Shown here one piece after another: positions 29,129 through 37,850 of a stretch of 54,607 nucleotides of DNA. Below the pieces are notes generated by a model. That model did no database searches, was not told the DNA's origin, and saw only the letters and a list, made by a program, of their open reading frames with translations. Source of the DNA: a virus (Duplodnaviria > Caudoviricetes); IMG/VR virus record IMGVR_UViG_3300042507_001934, positions 1 through 54,607 of that record, one strand, 5' to 3'. The position numbers were made by a program, and so were the translations under genes. How positions within the stretch are numbered: the first letter of the stretch is position 1; each line of letters opens with the position of its first letter.

Positions 29129-29304
29129 GTGATACAGCAAACCAATGGATAATGTTAGTTGCAGTAATTTTTTTGATTGCAGGAACTTTCGTGGTATCAA
29201 ATCAGCGAGATGAATTAAAGGCAGAAGCCGTGAAGCGAGGATTTGCGGAGTGGGTTTCTGACTACAACGGCAACACCACATTCAAATGGAAGGAAACAAA
29301 ATGA
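29125..29304 (+). CDS. Array protein 4 (membrane-anchored)
   Basis: MSDT + hydrophobic helix WIMLVAVIFLIAGTFVV + QRDE; ends WKETK. Confidence 0.7.
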   Translation: MSDTANQWIMLVAVIFLIAGTFVVSNQRDELKAEAVKRGFAEWVSDYNGNTTFKWKETK

Positions 29305-29570
29305 ACAAACCAACACCAGAGACGGATGCCTGCTGGGATAGTGCCAGTTGCAACCTGCTTCACCACGCGCAAAATATGGAGCGCGAGCGAGACGAGGCGC
29401 GAGAGGCTTTGGATCGCATTGCTCGCCCAGTGTGGTGGATGCAAGAAGACCAGAAAAGAAAGACAGGGAGCATTAACGGCATTAGTGGGGGAATGGCTCT
29501 CGCCTTGTCGGAAGATGCAGAATACCTCAAGGGAATTGCTAAGTCCGCATTGAAAAGGAAAACAAAATGA
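29301..29570 (+). CDS. Array protein 5
   Basis: MNKPTPETDA...MERERDEARE...KRKTK. Confidence 0.75.
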   Translation: MNKPTPETDACWDSASCNLLHHAQNMERERDEAREALDRIARPVWWMQEDQKRKTGSINGISGGMALALSEDAEYLKGIAKSALKRKTK

Positions 29571-29980
29571 GTGAGCGACCTACACCAGAGACGGATGCGT
29601 GCATAATTGAACGCCGTAAAATTCATAAGAGCGATGGCAGCGTTCAATTAGTAGAGTTAATTGATGCAGAATTTGCACGCCGACTTGAGCGCGAACGCGA
29701 CGAGGCGCGGGATAAATACGATGCACTCGCAACCGAGCATATGCTGGCGGTTAATAAATTGTGTGAAGAACGCGATGAGGCGCGGGAGAAAGCCCAAAGA
29801 TTGCGAGTCCAATTAAATCATTACACGCAAGCAAATGAGATGGCGGAGCAAGCCTTCCGTGAACGAGATGAAGCGCACAAAATTGCGGAGCAAGCCATTG
29901 ACGATTTGGCGTGGTTCAATGAAACAAATGCACAGAGACTTCGAAATGAACTTGAACAACTTAAAGATGAAAAAAATTAA
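29567..29980 (+). CDS. Array protein 6 (three ERDEA blocks)
   Basis: MSERPTPETDA...RRLERERDEAR...EERDEAR...RERDEAH. Confidence 0.75.
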   Translation: MSERPTPETDACIIERRKIHKSDGSVQLVELIDAEFARRLERERDEARDKYDALATEHMLAVNKLCEERDEAREKAQRLRVQLNHYTQANEMAEQAFRERDEAHKIAEQAIDDLAWFNETNAQRLRNELEQLKDEKN

Positions 29981-30254
29981 ACGACCCACACCAGAAACAG
30001 ATGCGGAGTCATTTTGGCCGCATTATTCAAAATATAAAGTTTGCGATGTGGAATTTGCTCGCAAACTGGAACGCGAGCGCGACGAGGCGCGGGAGGCATT
30101 CAAGATAGTTTACAACGAGCGAGTCCAAATGGAACTTGAGCGTAACGAATGGAAAAACAAAGCATACTCTCATGCTACAGACTACACTCTAATGGAAGCG
30201 AAGTGCTTTAGATTGGAACAACAACTCAAAGAATATGATAAACTCAAGAGCTAA
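29967..30254 (+). CDS. Array protein 7
   Basis: MKKIKRPTPETDA...RKLERERDEARE. Confidence 0.75.
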   Translation: MKKIKRPTPETDAESFWPHYSKYKVCDVEFARKLERERDEAREAFKIVYNERVQMELERNEWKNKAYSHATDYTLMEAKCFRLEQQLKEYDKLKS

Positions 30255-30564
30255 AGGCGCAAGAGGAGAGCGGCAGTGGAGAGATCAGCTTCGCGCCGAA
30301 GGCTACACCGCTAAACGAGGACAACAATTCGCAGGAGGACAAGACTCACCAGATGTAATCTGTGAGGAACTCAAAGGTAAACTTCATTTCGAGGTAAAGT
30401 GCGTTCAGAATTTGAATTTAGATAAGGCTTGCGAACAGGCCGAGCGAGATGCTAAAGGCATTGCTTGGGCAGTAGCTCACAAGAAAAATAATAAGAACTG
30501 GAAGGTAACAATCCCTGCCGACACGTTCTTCAAACTACTAAGGGATGGAAGTGACGGACTATGA
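30235..30564 (+). CDS. Holliday junction resolvase (Hjc-like PD-(D/E)XK)
   Basis: NSRAKGARGER...SPDV...HFEVK. Confidence 0.8.
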   Translation: MINSRAKGARGERQWRDQLRAEGYTAKRGQQFAGGQDSPDVICEELKGKLHFEVKCVQNLNLDKACEQAERDAKGIAWAVAHKKNNKNWKVTIPADTFFKLLRDGSDGL

Positions 30565-30746
30565 AACCAACAACCAAAGCAGGTAAGGCCGCGAAGGTGG
30601 CAAAAACAATGCGTGAATACAAAGCTGGCAAATTGAAGGCTGGCATCAACCCTAAAGGCCCGAAGAAAGCACCAATGGCTAAGAGTCGCAAACAGGCAGT
30701 TGCAATTGCACTCTCACGCGCAGGAATGGCTAAGAAAAGCAAGTAA
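30561..30746 (+). CDS. Small Lys/Ala-rich basic protein
   Basis: KVAKTMREYKAGKLK...SRKQAVAIALS. Confidence 0.75.
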   Translation: MKPTTKAGKAAKVAKTMREYKAGKLKAGINPKGPKKAPMAKSRKQAVAIALSRAGMAKKSK

Positions 30747-30747
30747 T

Positions 30748-30894
30748 ATGAAAACAGGACTTTACGCAAATATCAACGCCAAACGCAAACGCATCGCAGC
30801 AGGTAGCGGTGAAAAGATGAGGAAGGTTGGAAGCAAAGGCGCACCAACAGCAAAGGCATTTAAACAATCAGCAAAAACAGCAAAGAAGAAGTAA
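30748..30894 (+). CDS. Small Lys/Ala-rich basic protein
   Basis: MKTGLYANINAKRKRIAAGSGEKMRKVGSKGAPTAKAFKQSAKTAKKK. Confidence 0.75.
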   Translation: MKTGLYANINAKRKRIAAGSGEKMRKVGSKGAPTAKAFKQSAKTAKKK

Positions 30895-30955
30895 ATATAC
30901 TAACTTATATCAATGTATAACAAGTTTAGTGTATAACTCGATAAACTAACTATAT

Positions 30956-31180
30956 ATGGAAAAGCGATTCACAAAGGTAGTCAAGAATGCCAAAACTGGC
31001 AGGACTAAGACAGTCAAGTATGGTCAGAAAGGCGCGACAATTTCTCCGGGTTCGGCCAAAGGGAATTCCTACTGCGCCCGTTCAGCTAAGATCAAAGGTG
31101 ACTGGAAGAAAGACCCAAACTCCCCAAACAACCTCTCGCGCAAGAAATGGCGTTGCCGAGGCAGCAAGTCGATGAAATGA
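30956..31180 (+). CDS. Small basic protein
   Basis: SYCARS...DPNSPNNLSRKKWRC. Confidence 0.75.
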   Translation: MEKRFTKVVKNAKTGRTKTVKYGQKGATISPGSAKGNSYCARSAKIKGDWKKDPNSPNNLSRKKWRCRGSKSMK

Positions 31181-31347
31181 AGATCAACGGAAAGAATACC
31201 GAAGCTAATGTTGATTTAGACGATGGTAGGGTAGGGTGGAAGTATCCACTCAACTCAAAGCAAATCGCTAAAGCCTGCGAAGACTTCTTCAAGAATCGCG
31301 GCATGAAGCAATACGACTGCTGCGGCAGACCTAAGAAAACAGAATGA
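31177..31347 (+). CDS. Hypothetical protein
   Basis: ATGA-coupled; MKINGKNTEA. Confidence 0.55.
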   Translation: MKINGKNTEANVDLDDGRVGWKYPLNSKQIAKACEDFFKNRGMKQYDCCGRPKKTE

Positions 31348-31598
31348 CGTGTCCTAAATGTGATTCACCTACTGAAGTCATCAATAGTAGAAAGAGAGAT
31401 GGCACAGTGGTAAGGAGGAGGCTTTGTGCCTGCGGAGAAAGGTTCTCGACCAAAGAAGTAATTACTACTTCAAGGAAAGTTACCTTCAATAAAGTAGTTA
31501 AAGCACTATCCATGACTAAAGCAGTCACTGGAGAGTGGACAGTAAAAGTAGATGAGAACACGCCTGAATGGGCAAAGAAAATGCTAATCAACCTATGA
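31344..31598 (+). CDS. NrdR-like zinc-ribbon protein
   Basis: MTCPKC...TEVINSR...VRRRLCACGERFST.E; no ATP-cone. Confidence 0.75.
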   Translation: MTCPKCDSPTEVINSRKRDGTVVRRRLCACGERFSTKEVITTSRKVTFNKVVKALSMTKAVTGEWTVKVDENTPEWAKKMLINL

Positions 31599-32728
31599 GT
31601 ATCGTTAACGATAAATTCACCTTCCATGTCCTTGGACTTCCGCACACAGTTTCTTCCAAGGAATTCAACGCCTGTGCCTACACCCAAAAGGTAGTTAAGT
31701 TCGGCAAGATGATGACCGAACGTGGACATACAGTAATCCATTACGGCCATGAGGACTCTGATCTAATCTGCACAGAACACGTTCCAGTCCTAACCAACCA
31801 TGACTTCAAGAAGAGTTACGGATCACATGATTGGCGTAAGACATTCTTTAAGTTCGATACCAACGATCATGCCTACCAAACATTCTACAAGAATGCTATT
31901 AAAGAGATCGGGCAGAGGAAGAACAAGCATGACTTTATTCTACCATTCTGGGGTAGTGGTGTTCGTCCAATCTGTGACGCGCATCCAGACCTAATCACAG
32001 TTGAGCCGGGCATTGGATATGCGGGTGGACATTGGGCAAGGTGGAAAGTATGGGAATCCTACGCAATCTACCATGCCTACTGCGGGCTACAGAATGTAGG
32101 AAACTGCAATCAAGACTGGTATGACGTGGTAATCCCAAACTACTTCGATGTAGAGGATTTTGACTTCAACCCCAAGAAAGAAGATTACTTTCTCTATCTT
32201 GGACGAGTATATAGCGGAAAAGGAGTAGATGTAGCTATCCAAGCCACTCAAAAAGCAGGCGTAAAATTGGTAATCGCAGGACAAAAAGAGGAAGGTTATC
32301 AATTACCAAGCCATGTTGAGTATGTCGGATATGCCGACGTGCCTACCAGAAAGAGGTTAATGGCAAATGCTAAAGCATCCTTCCTTCCATCTATGTATGT
32401 AGAACCATTCGGTGGAGTTCAGATAGAAAACCTACTTTCTGGCACTCCTACTATAACTACAGACTGGGGAAGTTTTACAGAAAACAACATCCACGGGGTA
32501 ACTGGATACCGCTGCCGAACGATGGGTGACTTCGTAGATGCAGTCAAAAACATAGATAGGATCAACCCATACGACTGCCGCGCATTCGGAGAAAACTTTA
32601 CACTGCAAGCCATAGCTCCAATGTATGAGAAATACTTCTCAGATGTCATGGATGTCTACACGGGAGCAGGATGGTATGCCGAGGGAAATGGAATCAACGC
32701 AATGAAAAGATTCTATCCTTCACTATGA
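31595..32728 (+). CDS. Glycosyltransferase, GT-B fold (GT4-like)
   Basis: FLYLGRVYSGKG...PSMYVEPFGGVQIE...GTPTITTDWG. Confidence 0.88.
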   Translation: MSIVNDKFTFHVLGLPHTVSSKEFNACAYTQKVVKFGKMMTERGHTVIHYGHEDSDLICTEHVPVLTNHDFKKSYGSHDWRKTFFKFDTNDHAYQTFYKNAIKEIGQRKNKHDFILPFWGSGVRPICDAHPDLITVEPGIGYAGGHWARWKVWESYAIYHAYCGLQNVGNCNQDWYDVVIPNYFDVEDFDFNPKKEDYFLYLGRVYSGKGVDVAIQATQKAGVKLVIAGQKEEGYQLPSHVEYVGYADVPTRKRLMANAKASFLPSMYVEPFGGVQIENLLSGTPTITTDWGSFTENNIHGVTGYRCRTMGDFVDAVKNIDRINPYDCRAFGENFTLQAIAPMYEKYFSDVMDVYTGAGWYAEGNGINAMKRFYPSL

Positions 32729-33297
32729 GTGACTACACATTTGAAGCAAACTATTGGGGAGACTGCTGTAATACCTTCGACGAGGATCAGAAACACTATG
32801 TCTACGCTCGTTATATGGGGCTAAAACAAGTAGGTTACTCATTCGATGTAGAGGGTAAAACAATCCTCGATATAGGAGGAGGGCCGACATCCATGCTACT
32901 AAAGACAATCAACCTTGGAGGAGGAGTTGTAATTGATCCGCTAAAGTATCCAGACTGGACTTATCAGAGGTATAAAGCCAAGGGAATTGATTACGAAATC
33001 AAGCGAGGAGAGGATGTTGATGAAGAAGGATTCGATGAGTGCTGGATATACAACTGCCTTCAGCATACTGACGATCCACAACAAATCATCAAGAACGCAC
33101 TGAAAGCAGCAAAAGTATTAAGAATCTTTGAATGGGTAGACATCCCGCCGCATGACGGGCATCCAATAGAACTCACAAAATACAAAGTAGATAAATGGAT
33201 AGTGAATGGAAGTGAAAGATCGCTCTACTCATACGGACACACACAGCAACTTGCAGAGTCTGGGTGCTACGGAAACGCCTACTTCAACATAGCATGA
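32725..33297 (+). CDS. Class I SAM-dependent methyltransferase
   Basis: ILDIGGGP motif I; FDECWIYNCLQHTDDP. Confidence 0.8.
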   Translation: MSDYTFEANYWGDCCNTFDEDQKHYVYARYMGLKQVGYSFDVEGKTILDIGGGPTSMLLKTINLGGGVVIDPLKYPDWTYQRYKAKGIDYEIKRGEDVDEEGFDECWIYNCLQHTDDPQQIIKNALKAAKVLRIFEWVDIPPHDGHPIELTKYKVDKWIVNGSERSLYSYGHTQQLAESGCYGNAYFNIA

Positions 33298-33683
33298 ACT
33301 GGGACGAATACGGCATGAGCATAGCGGAGGTAGTTGCTAAGAAGAGCAAAGACCCGTGGAGACAAGTCGGGGTAGTAATACTCAGAGAAGACAACTCCAT
33401 AGCATCAGTAGGGTATAACGGATTCCCTCAAGGTGTAGAGGAAGACTGGTCATCAAGAGAAGAGAGGTCAAAGTATGTAATACACGCAGAACAGAACGCA
33501 CTTAGATACACCAGTCCGGGCGAAGGAAAGATACTAATATCAACCTGCCTACCATGTAGGGACTGCCTAAAGGCCATAGCCGCCTATAAGATAAAGAGAG
33601 TCCTCTACAAAGATGTTTACCACACCGATCCTATAGCTTTAGAAATAGCAGAAAAAATGGGAGTCACACTAACTCAAATATGA
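33294..33683 (+). CDS. dCMP deaminase family protein
   Basis: SKDPWRQVG, GYNGFP, HAEQNA, PCRDC zinc motifs. Confidence 0.9.
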   Translation: MNWDEYGMSIAEVVAKKSKDPWRQVGVVILREDNSIASVGYNGFPQGVEEDWSSREERSKYVIHAEQNALRYTSPGEGKILISTCLPCRDCLKAIAAYKIKRVLYKDVYHTDPIALEIAEKMGVTLTQI

Positions 33684-33880
33684 CTGACGAAATCATGGCA
33701 TTAACCTTAGCATGGACTATAGTGGTAGCATGCTTCATCATAGAGATAAACACCCGAAAATAATTTGAGATGCAATAACGTGGTATTGTGGCGGGGGGCA
33801 AACCTTGGCGGGTGAACCTCTGGTTAAAATTAAAACCATTCCAGTAACCACATAAAACTGGAACTCTCATTACTAACAAT

Positions 33881-34063
33881 ATGAAACAAGAACAAGAAAT
33901 ACTCGAACTAATCAAAAACAATATAGATAAATTCAAAACTGAAGATGAACACTTTGACAGAATGTTCAACCTCGGAGAGATAACCGATAACAGAGGAAAC
34001 CGCCAAAGGGTATGGCTAACCTTCACATCGACCAATATGAAACTAAAAAATAGAGAACTCTAA
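33881..34063 (+). CDS. Hypothetical protein
   Basis: 60 aa ORF in the operon direction. Confidence 0.55.
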   Translation: MKQEQEILELIKNNIDKFKTEDEHFDRMFNLGEITDNRGNRQRVWLTFTSTNMKLKNREL

Positions 34064-34078
34064 TTATCGTTACCGATA

Positions 34079-34627
34079 ATGAACTACACAAAAATCGGCG
34101 CACTGCCAACTCATCGCTACATCTGGGTAGATAGCAAATACACCCACGAAAAACCAATCGGGCCAGTAGAAGCTATGTGGGTAGGACTAACCAGCATCCC
34201 AAGCAGAACATGGGGAATCAATGTCATCCTAAGAAAAGGCGGCGCACTCTACAGAAACATCCCACCAAACGCAGTAAGATTCAAAGAAGAAGCATTGGAA
34301 AACTGGCGCATAGAAGAGAGCCAACTATGGAACTGCTACTCATATAACTTCTCCATACTACAAAACCCAATACTAACAGGACTTCAAGTAACAGCCAAAG
34401 TAGGGCCAAACATACTAAAGGGAACCTACCTCTTCTCAACTACCCACCTAAACGATGGCTGGTCAGATAGCCCAGACCAAGACAAAGAATTCATCTTCAT
34501 AGAACTCACCAACGGAAGGCTAACAATCCAACCAACGAACAGAGTAGCATTCCAAGACAAATCATACATCCTCCCAACCTGTATGCCTAAACTAAAACTA
34601 CAGGATACCATCTACTCATGCGAGTAG
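34079..34627 (+). CDS. Hypothetical protein
   Basis: 182 aa; GALYRNIP...QLWNC...NGRLTIQPTNR. Confidence 0.75.
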   Translation: MNYTKIGALPTHRYIWVDSKYTHEKPIGPVEAMWVGLTSIPSRTWGINVILRKGGALYRNIPPNAVRFKEEALENWRIEESQLWNCYSYNFSILQNPILTGLQVTAKVGPNILKGTYLFSTTHLNDGWSDSPDQDKEFIFIELTNGRLTIQPTNRVAFQDKSYILPTCMPKLKLQDTIYSCE

Positions 34628-35706
34628 TAGAAAATGCAATTCAAGCATTCAGATTTGTATTTCAACACAGAAAATACAATTGAGTAGCATACGACATTAG
34701 AAATAGCATACGACTTAGTGAGACAGGACATCTGTCAAGAGATTTTTATTGACATACAAAATACGAGTTTTTATGGGGGGAGGGGTTTCCGCATTGGGAG
34801 CTGCCGCGCATGGGTGCATGGGGGAGTCCGGTGCCGGGGTCGCTGCTCTATAGAATAAGAGATTGCTTAGGCCCGTGCCCTGTGCCATGCGTTGCCTGTG
34901 TCATGCTCATAGTATAGCTGCGTTGCCAGTGTCACAGCGTAGCCTTGCCAATGATCGGCTGGCGTTGTTGAGACTGGCATTGCATCCATTATCGACGCTA
35001 TGTGATTATCAGAAGTTTTCAATCTCATTAGTGAATAGAGTATAATGCAAGCGAGTTGCAATAATCTTTGCGCGAGGTTGGCGCAGGATTGCGTTGTTTC
35101 AATCGGGCGGGATAGTGGCATTGGTGGATTTTGGGTGCAATCGCGTTTTCGGAGATGAGGTGGAAAAGGGGAATCGCTTTGCTGTGACATTTGCGCAATA
35201 GGGTTTCCTGTATATGGCGACACTTTGCATTTCTCGCATCATTCCCGCTGATTGGATACATCGCTGTATCGTTATATCGTTATATATCGATATATCGAAG
35301 TAACGCATCGTTTGCCTTGTCGTGTTCTCCCGATGCTTTGCCTTGTCTTTTGCTTGGCATAGTTCCTGCTAATATATTTTTATTTACAGCATGGCATGGT
35401 TTATGCTTTGCGCTATCTTGTCACCCTAAAAAATAAGTTAAAAAAATCTGTTGACATATTGTGGAGAGTGTGAGAATATGTCTCCCGTGATGCTTGCGGA
35501 TGCCCTTTGAATAAGGCTCTGCTGGTAATTTCACAAATTGCTCTTTGACTAAAAAAACTTTTCGCACCTGTCATTTGATAGGCTGTGAATCAATACAACA
35601 TGAACAGACAACTCTATGCGCTGAAAATCAAACTTGCGTCTTTGACCGATGCAAAAAAGATTCACGCGCTTAAACTCAAAATACAACAAATAGAAAAAAC
35701 CCAAAA

Positions 35707-36057
35707 ATGAAAATGACACTGACAACATCACAAGTCGCAGACGAACTACGTAAAGACACTAACGCAAATTGGAGTTATGCGGGTGCGAATGCCCTCGCTG
35801 AATATCTCGAAGAGTATGAGGAGAGCACGGGCGAGGAAATCGAACTCGATACTTGCGCTATTCGCTGTGACTTCTCCGAGTATGCCAGCCTTCAAGATTG
35901 GGCGCACGATCATTTCTCGAATGCCCTCGAAGAATTGGGCTTTGACGAAACCGAGGAAAACGACGACGACGAAGTGAACGACAAAATCCGCGAATATATT
36001 CAAGACCACGGGCAGCTAATCGAGTTTGACGGCGGTATTATCGTTTCCTCATTCTAA
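35707..36057 (+). CDS. Acidic early protein
   Basis: 116 aa, strongly D/E-rich; WSYAGANALAEYLE...ELD..AIRCDFSEY. Confidence 0.75.
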   Translation: MKMTLTTSQVADELRKDTNANWSYAGANALAEYLEEYEESTGEEIELDTCAIRCDFSEYASLQDWAHDHFSNALEELGFDETEENDDDEVNDKIREYIQDHGQLIEFDGGIIVSSF

Positions 36058-36065
36058 TCCAATGC

Positions 36066-36100
36066 GCGGGATGTTCAATCCGTCCCGCTTTTCTTCTCTT
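36066..36100 (+). terminator. Terminator-like hairpin
   Basis: gcgggatg-ttcaatc-cgtcccgc followed by ttttcttctctt. Confidence 0.55.
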
Positions 36101-36408
36101 CTTATGTCTAAACTCTCCTCTTCCTATCAATACAACAGAGCAAAGAATCGCTTTTTCGGTCTTTTGCTTATTCTCTCCACACTCGGCGCAATCTTAACCT
36201 TTATCCTGCTTTAATCCCCTCCACACTATGCGGGAAGAGTCCGAACCTCTCCCGCATTTGCTCTATTCGCCCCGCATTCTCTCTTTTATTCTCTCTCCGC
36301 TACTATGCCCTTCCTCTTTCTTTCGCGCATTCCACGGGCTTTGATCGTTTCCGATAATCTTCCCCTCCTATTTTCCCCTCCACAACACAACAAACCACAA
36401 CACAAAAC

Positions 36409-36609
36409 ATGAATAATACACTCCACACACCCGGCCCTCAATGGGTCAAAGTAAAACGCAAACGTAAGTTTGATCCGGTCAAAGCATCTGCGCCTATGTT
36501 ACTCTCCACATTACAGGATATTTGCGCTATGATCGTTTCCCCGAACGATACCCGCGCCGATATTCTTGCCCATGCCCGCGCCGCAATCGCTAAAGCCGAA
36601 GGAAAATGA
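36409..36609 (+). CDS. Small early protein
   Basis: HTPGPQW...APMLL...ARAAIAKAEG, a common small phage protein pattern. Confidence 0.7.
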   Translation: MNNTLHTPGPQWVKVKRKRKFDPVKASAPMLLSTLQDICAMIVSPNDTRADILAHARAAIAKAEGK

Positions 36610-36830
36610 AAATCCAAAAAGTCACATTTCCCGCTGGAGGGATTCTTGGACGATTCGCCCTCCACAAAATAACCTCGCCATACTTTTCCGGCCATTGCTC
36701 GGCGTGGTATGACGCGAAGGGTAGGCTACAGGATTGCGAATGGATTCGCCGTGATGGCACTCGGCGTTTGATTCCAATCGGCACTCCGATGTATCGGTTT
36801 CTTGAATCCCTCGGCCCTGTCTGGAAGTAA
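36606..36830 (+). CDS. Small early protein
   Basis: ATGA-coupled, 74 aa. Confidence 0.65.
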   Translation: MKIQKVTFPAGGILGRFALHKITSPYFSGHCSAWYDAKGRLQDCEWIRRDGTRRLIPIGTPMYRFLESLGPVWK

Positions 36831-36852
36831 ACTCCACAAATGCGGGGAAGTC

Positions 36853-37449
36853 CTATCCCTCTCCGCTTTCCACTATGGTTGCCAATTCTGACTCGTTTTC
36901 CATGCCCTCCGCTCCACGGACATATTCGCCGGATACAATTTCGATTTTATCTGCTTTCTGTGGGCCAGTAACATGAAGCTGAATCATAGCATTAACCGAT
37001 AAACCCTTTCTGTCGTGCATATTATTCTCATCCAGTCCCAACGCTCTTGTGGCAATTTTCTCGTATTCCGCGAGAATATCCAAACGCTGCGCTTGTTCTT
37101 TAATGTTCCCCGCTTTGTGTCTCCCCTCAATTTCTTTTCTCTCCGCTGCAATCTCGCGCAGCATAAATTGGTAATGATTAGCGGTTTCTGCTACCATCAG
37201 GTCTTCCAACTTTGGCGCAACGACATTCGCCACTTGCTCTCTCAGGCGTTTCCTCTTCTCGATCCACTTCCCTTTCACCATGCAATTCTTCAAGTAGAAT
37301 TTGCTCATTTGAGCGAACTCAGGCAACTTCAAAATGTCGCTCATCTCAGCCCCTCCCATGAATAGAGTTTCAATTCTCTCCATGTCCCATTTCTTCCTGC
37401 CTTTCCCTCGGCCTAACTTTTCGCTGTCCAATTCGGGTGTTTTGTTCAT
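36853..37449 (-). CDS. Possible terminase small subunit / HTH DNA-binding protein
   Basis: Likely start MNKTPELD; KWDMERIETLFMGG...W...R N-terminus, coiled coil, RALGLDE. Confidence 0.45.
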   Translation of the reverse strand: MNKTPELDSEKLGRGKGRKKWDMERIETLFMGGAEMSDILKLPEFAQMSKFYLKNCMVKGKWIEKRKRLREQVANVVAPKLEDLMVAETANHYQFMLREIAAERKEIEGRHKAGNIKEQAQRLDILAEYEKIATRALGLDENNMHDRKGLSVNAMIQLHVTGPQKADKIEIVSGEYVRGAEGMENESELATIVESGEG

Positions 37450-37524
37450 AGTTGAGTATTTACAAAATGCCCTTAGATTGTCAAATGAATTTCCCTCCAC
37501 AACGCAACCCAAAATAGAAAAACC

Positions 37525-37665
37525 ATGAGTGCAACAGAAAAAAACCAACCGACCTGCCTTCCACCAGAGGCATACATCCGCATCATTCGCCACTGCGAAA
37601 ACAATGTTCCGAAGTTCCGTTCTTCGGTTTATCCAAAACCACAACCAACCAAAAAGACAAAATGA
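37525..37665 (+). CDS. Small hypothetical protein, 46 aa (not in ORF track)
   Basis: MSATEKNQPTCLPPEAYIRII...; stop overlaps the next ATG. Confidence 0.5.
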   Translation: MSATEKNQPTCLPPEAYIRIIRHCENNVPKFRSSVYPKPQPTKKTK

Positions 37666-37850
37666 GAACATTTACCATGCACAAACAGAAACCCCTCTTC
37701 CGTTACAAGGACTCCCCGCTTTCTGGAGAGTCTGTTAAGCGGGAAATGATGGAAGCACTGGAAGCAGTCTTGGATTGCTACGGCGATTCTGACTCTCTCC
37801 TTATGATGCAATGCAAGGCGGCTCTTGATCGTGCAAGGAGGAATCCATGA
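37662..37850 (+). CDS. Small hypothetical protein
   Basis: ATGA-coupled on both sides. Confidence 0.6.
   Translation: MRTFTMHKQKPLFRYKDSPLSGESVKREMMEALEAVLDCYGDSDSLLMMQCKAALDRARRNP

Noticed and set aside
28162-30254. CRISPR array or DGR interpretation of the repeat/variable pattern
   Set aside because: Spacers are irregular in length and protein-coding, repeats vary at codon third positions, and there is no reverse transcriptase or adenine-specific TR/VR pair.
34863-35436. Short ORFs in the large intergenic region
   Set aside because: Overlapping on both strands, no recognisable motifs and no translational coupling.
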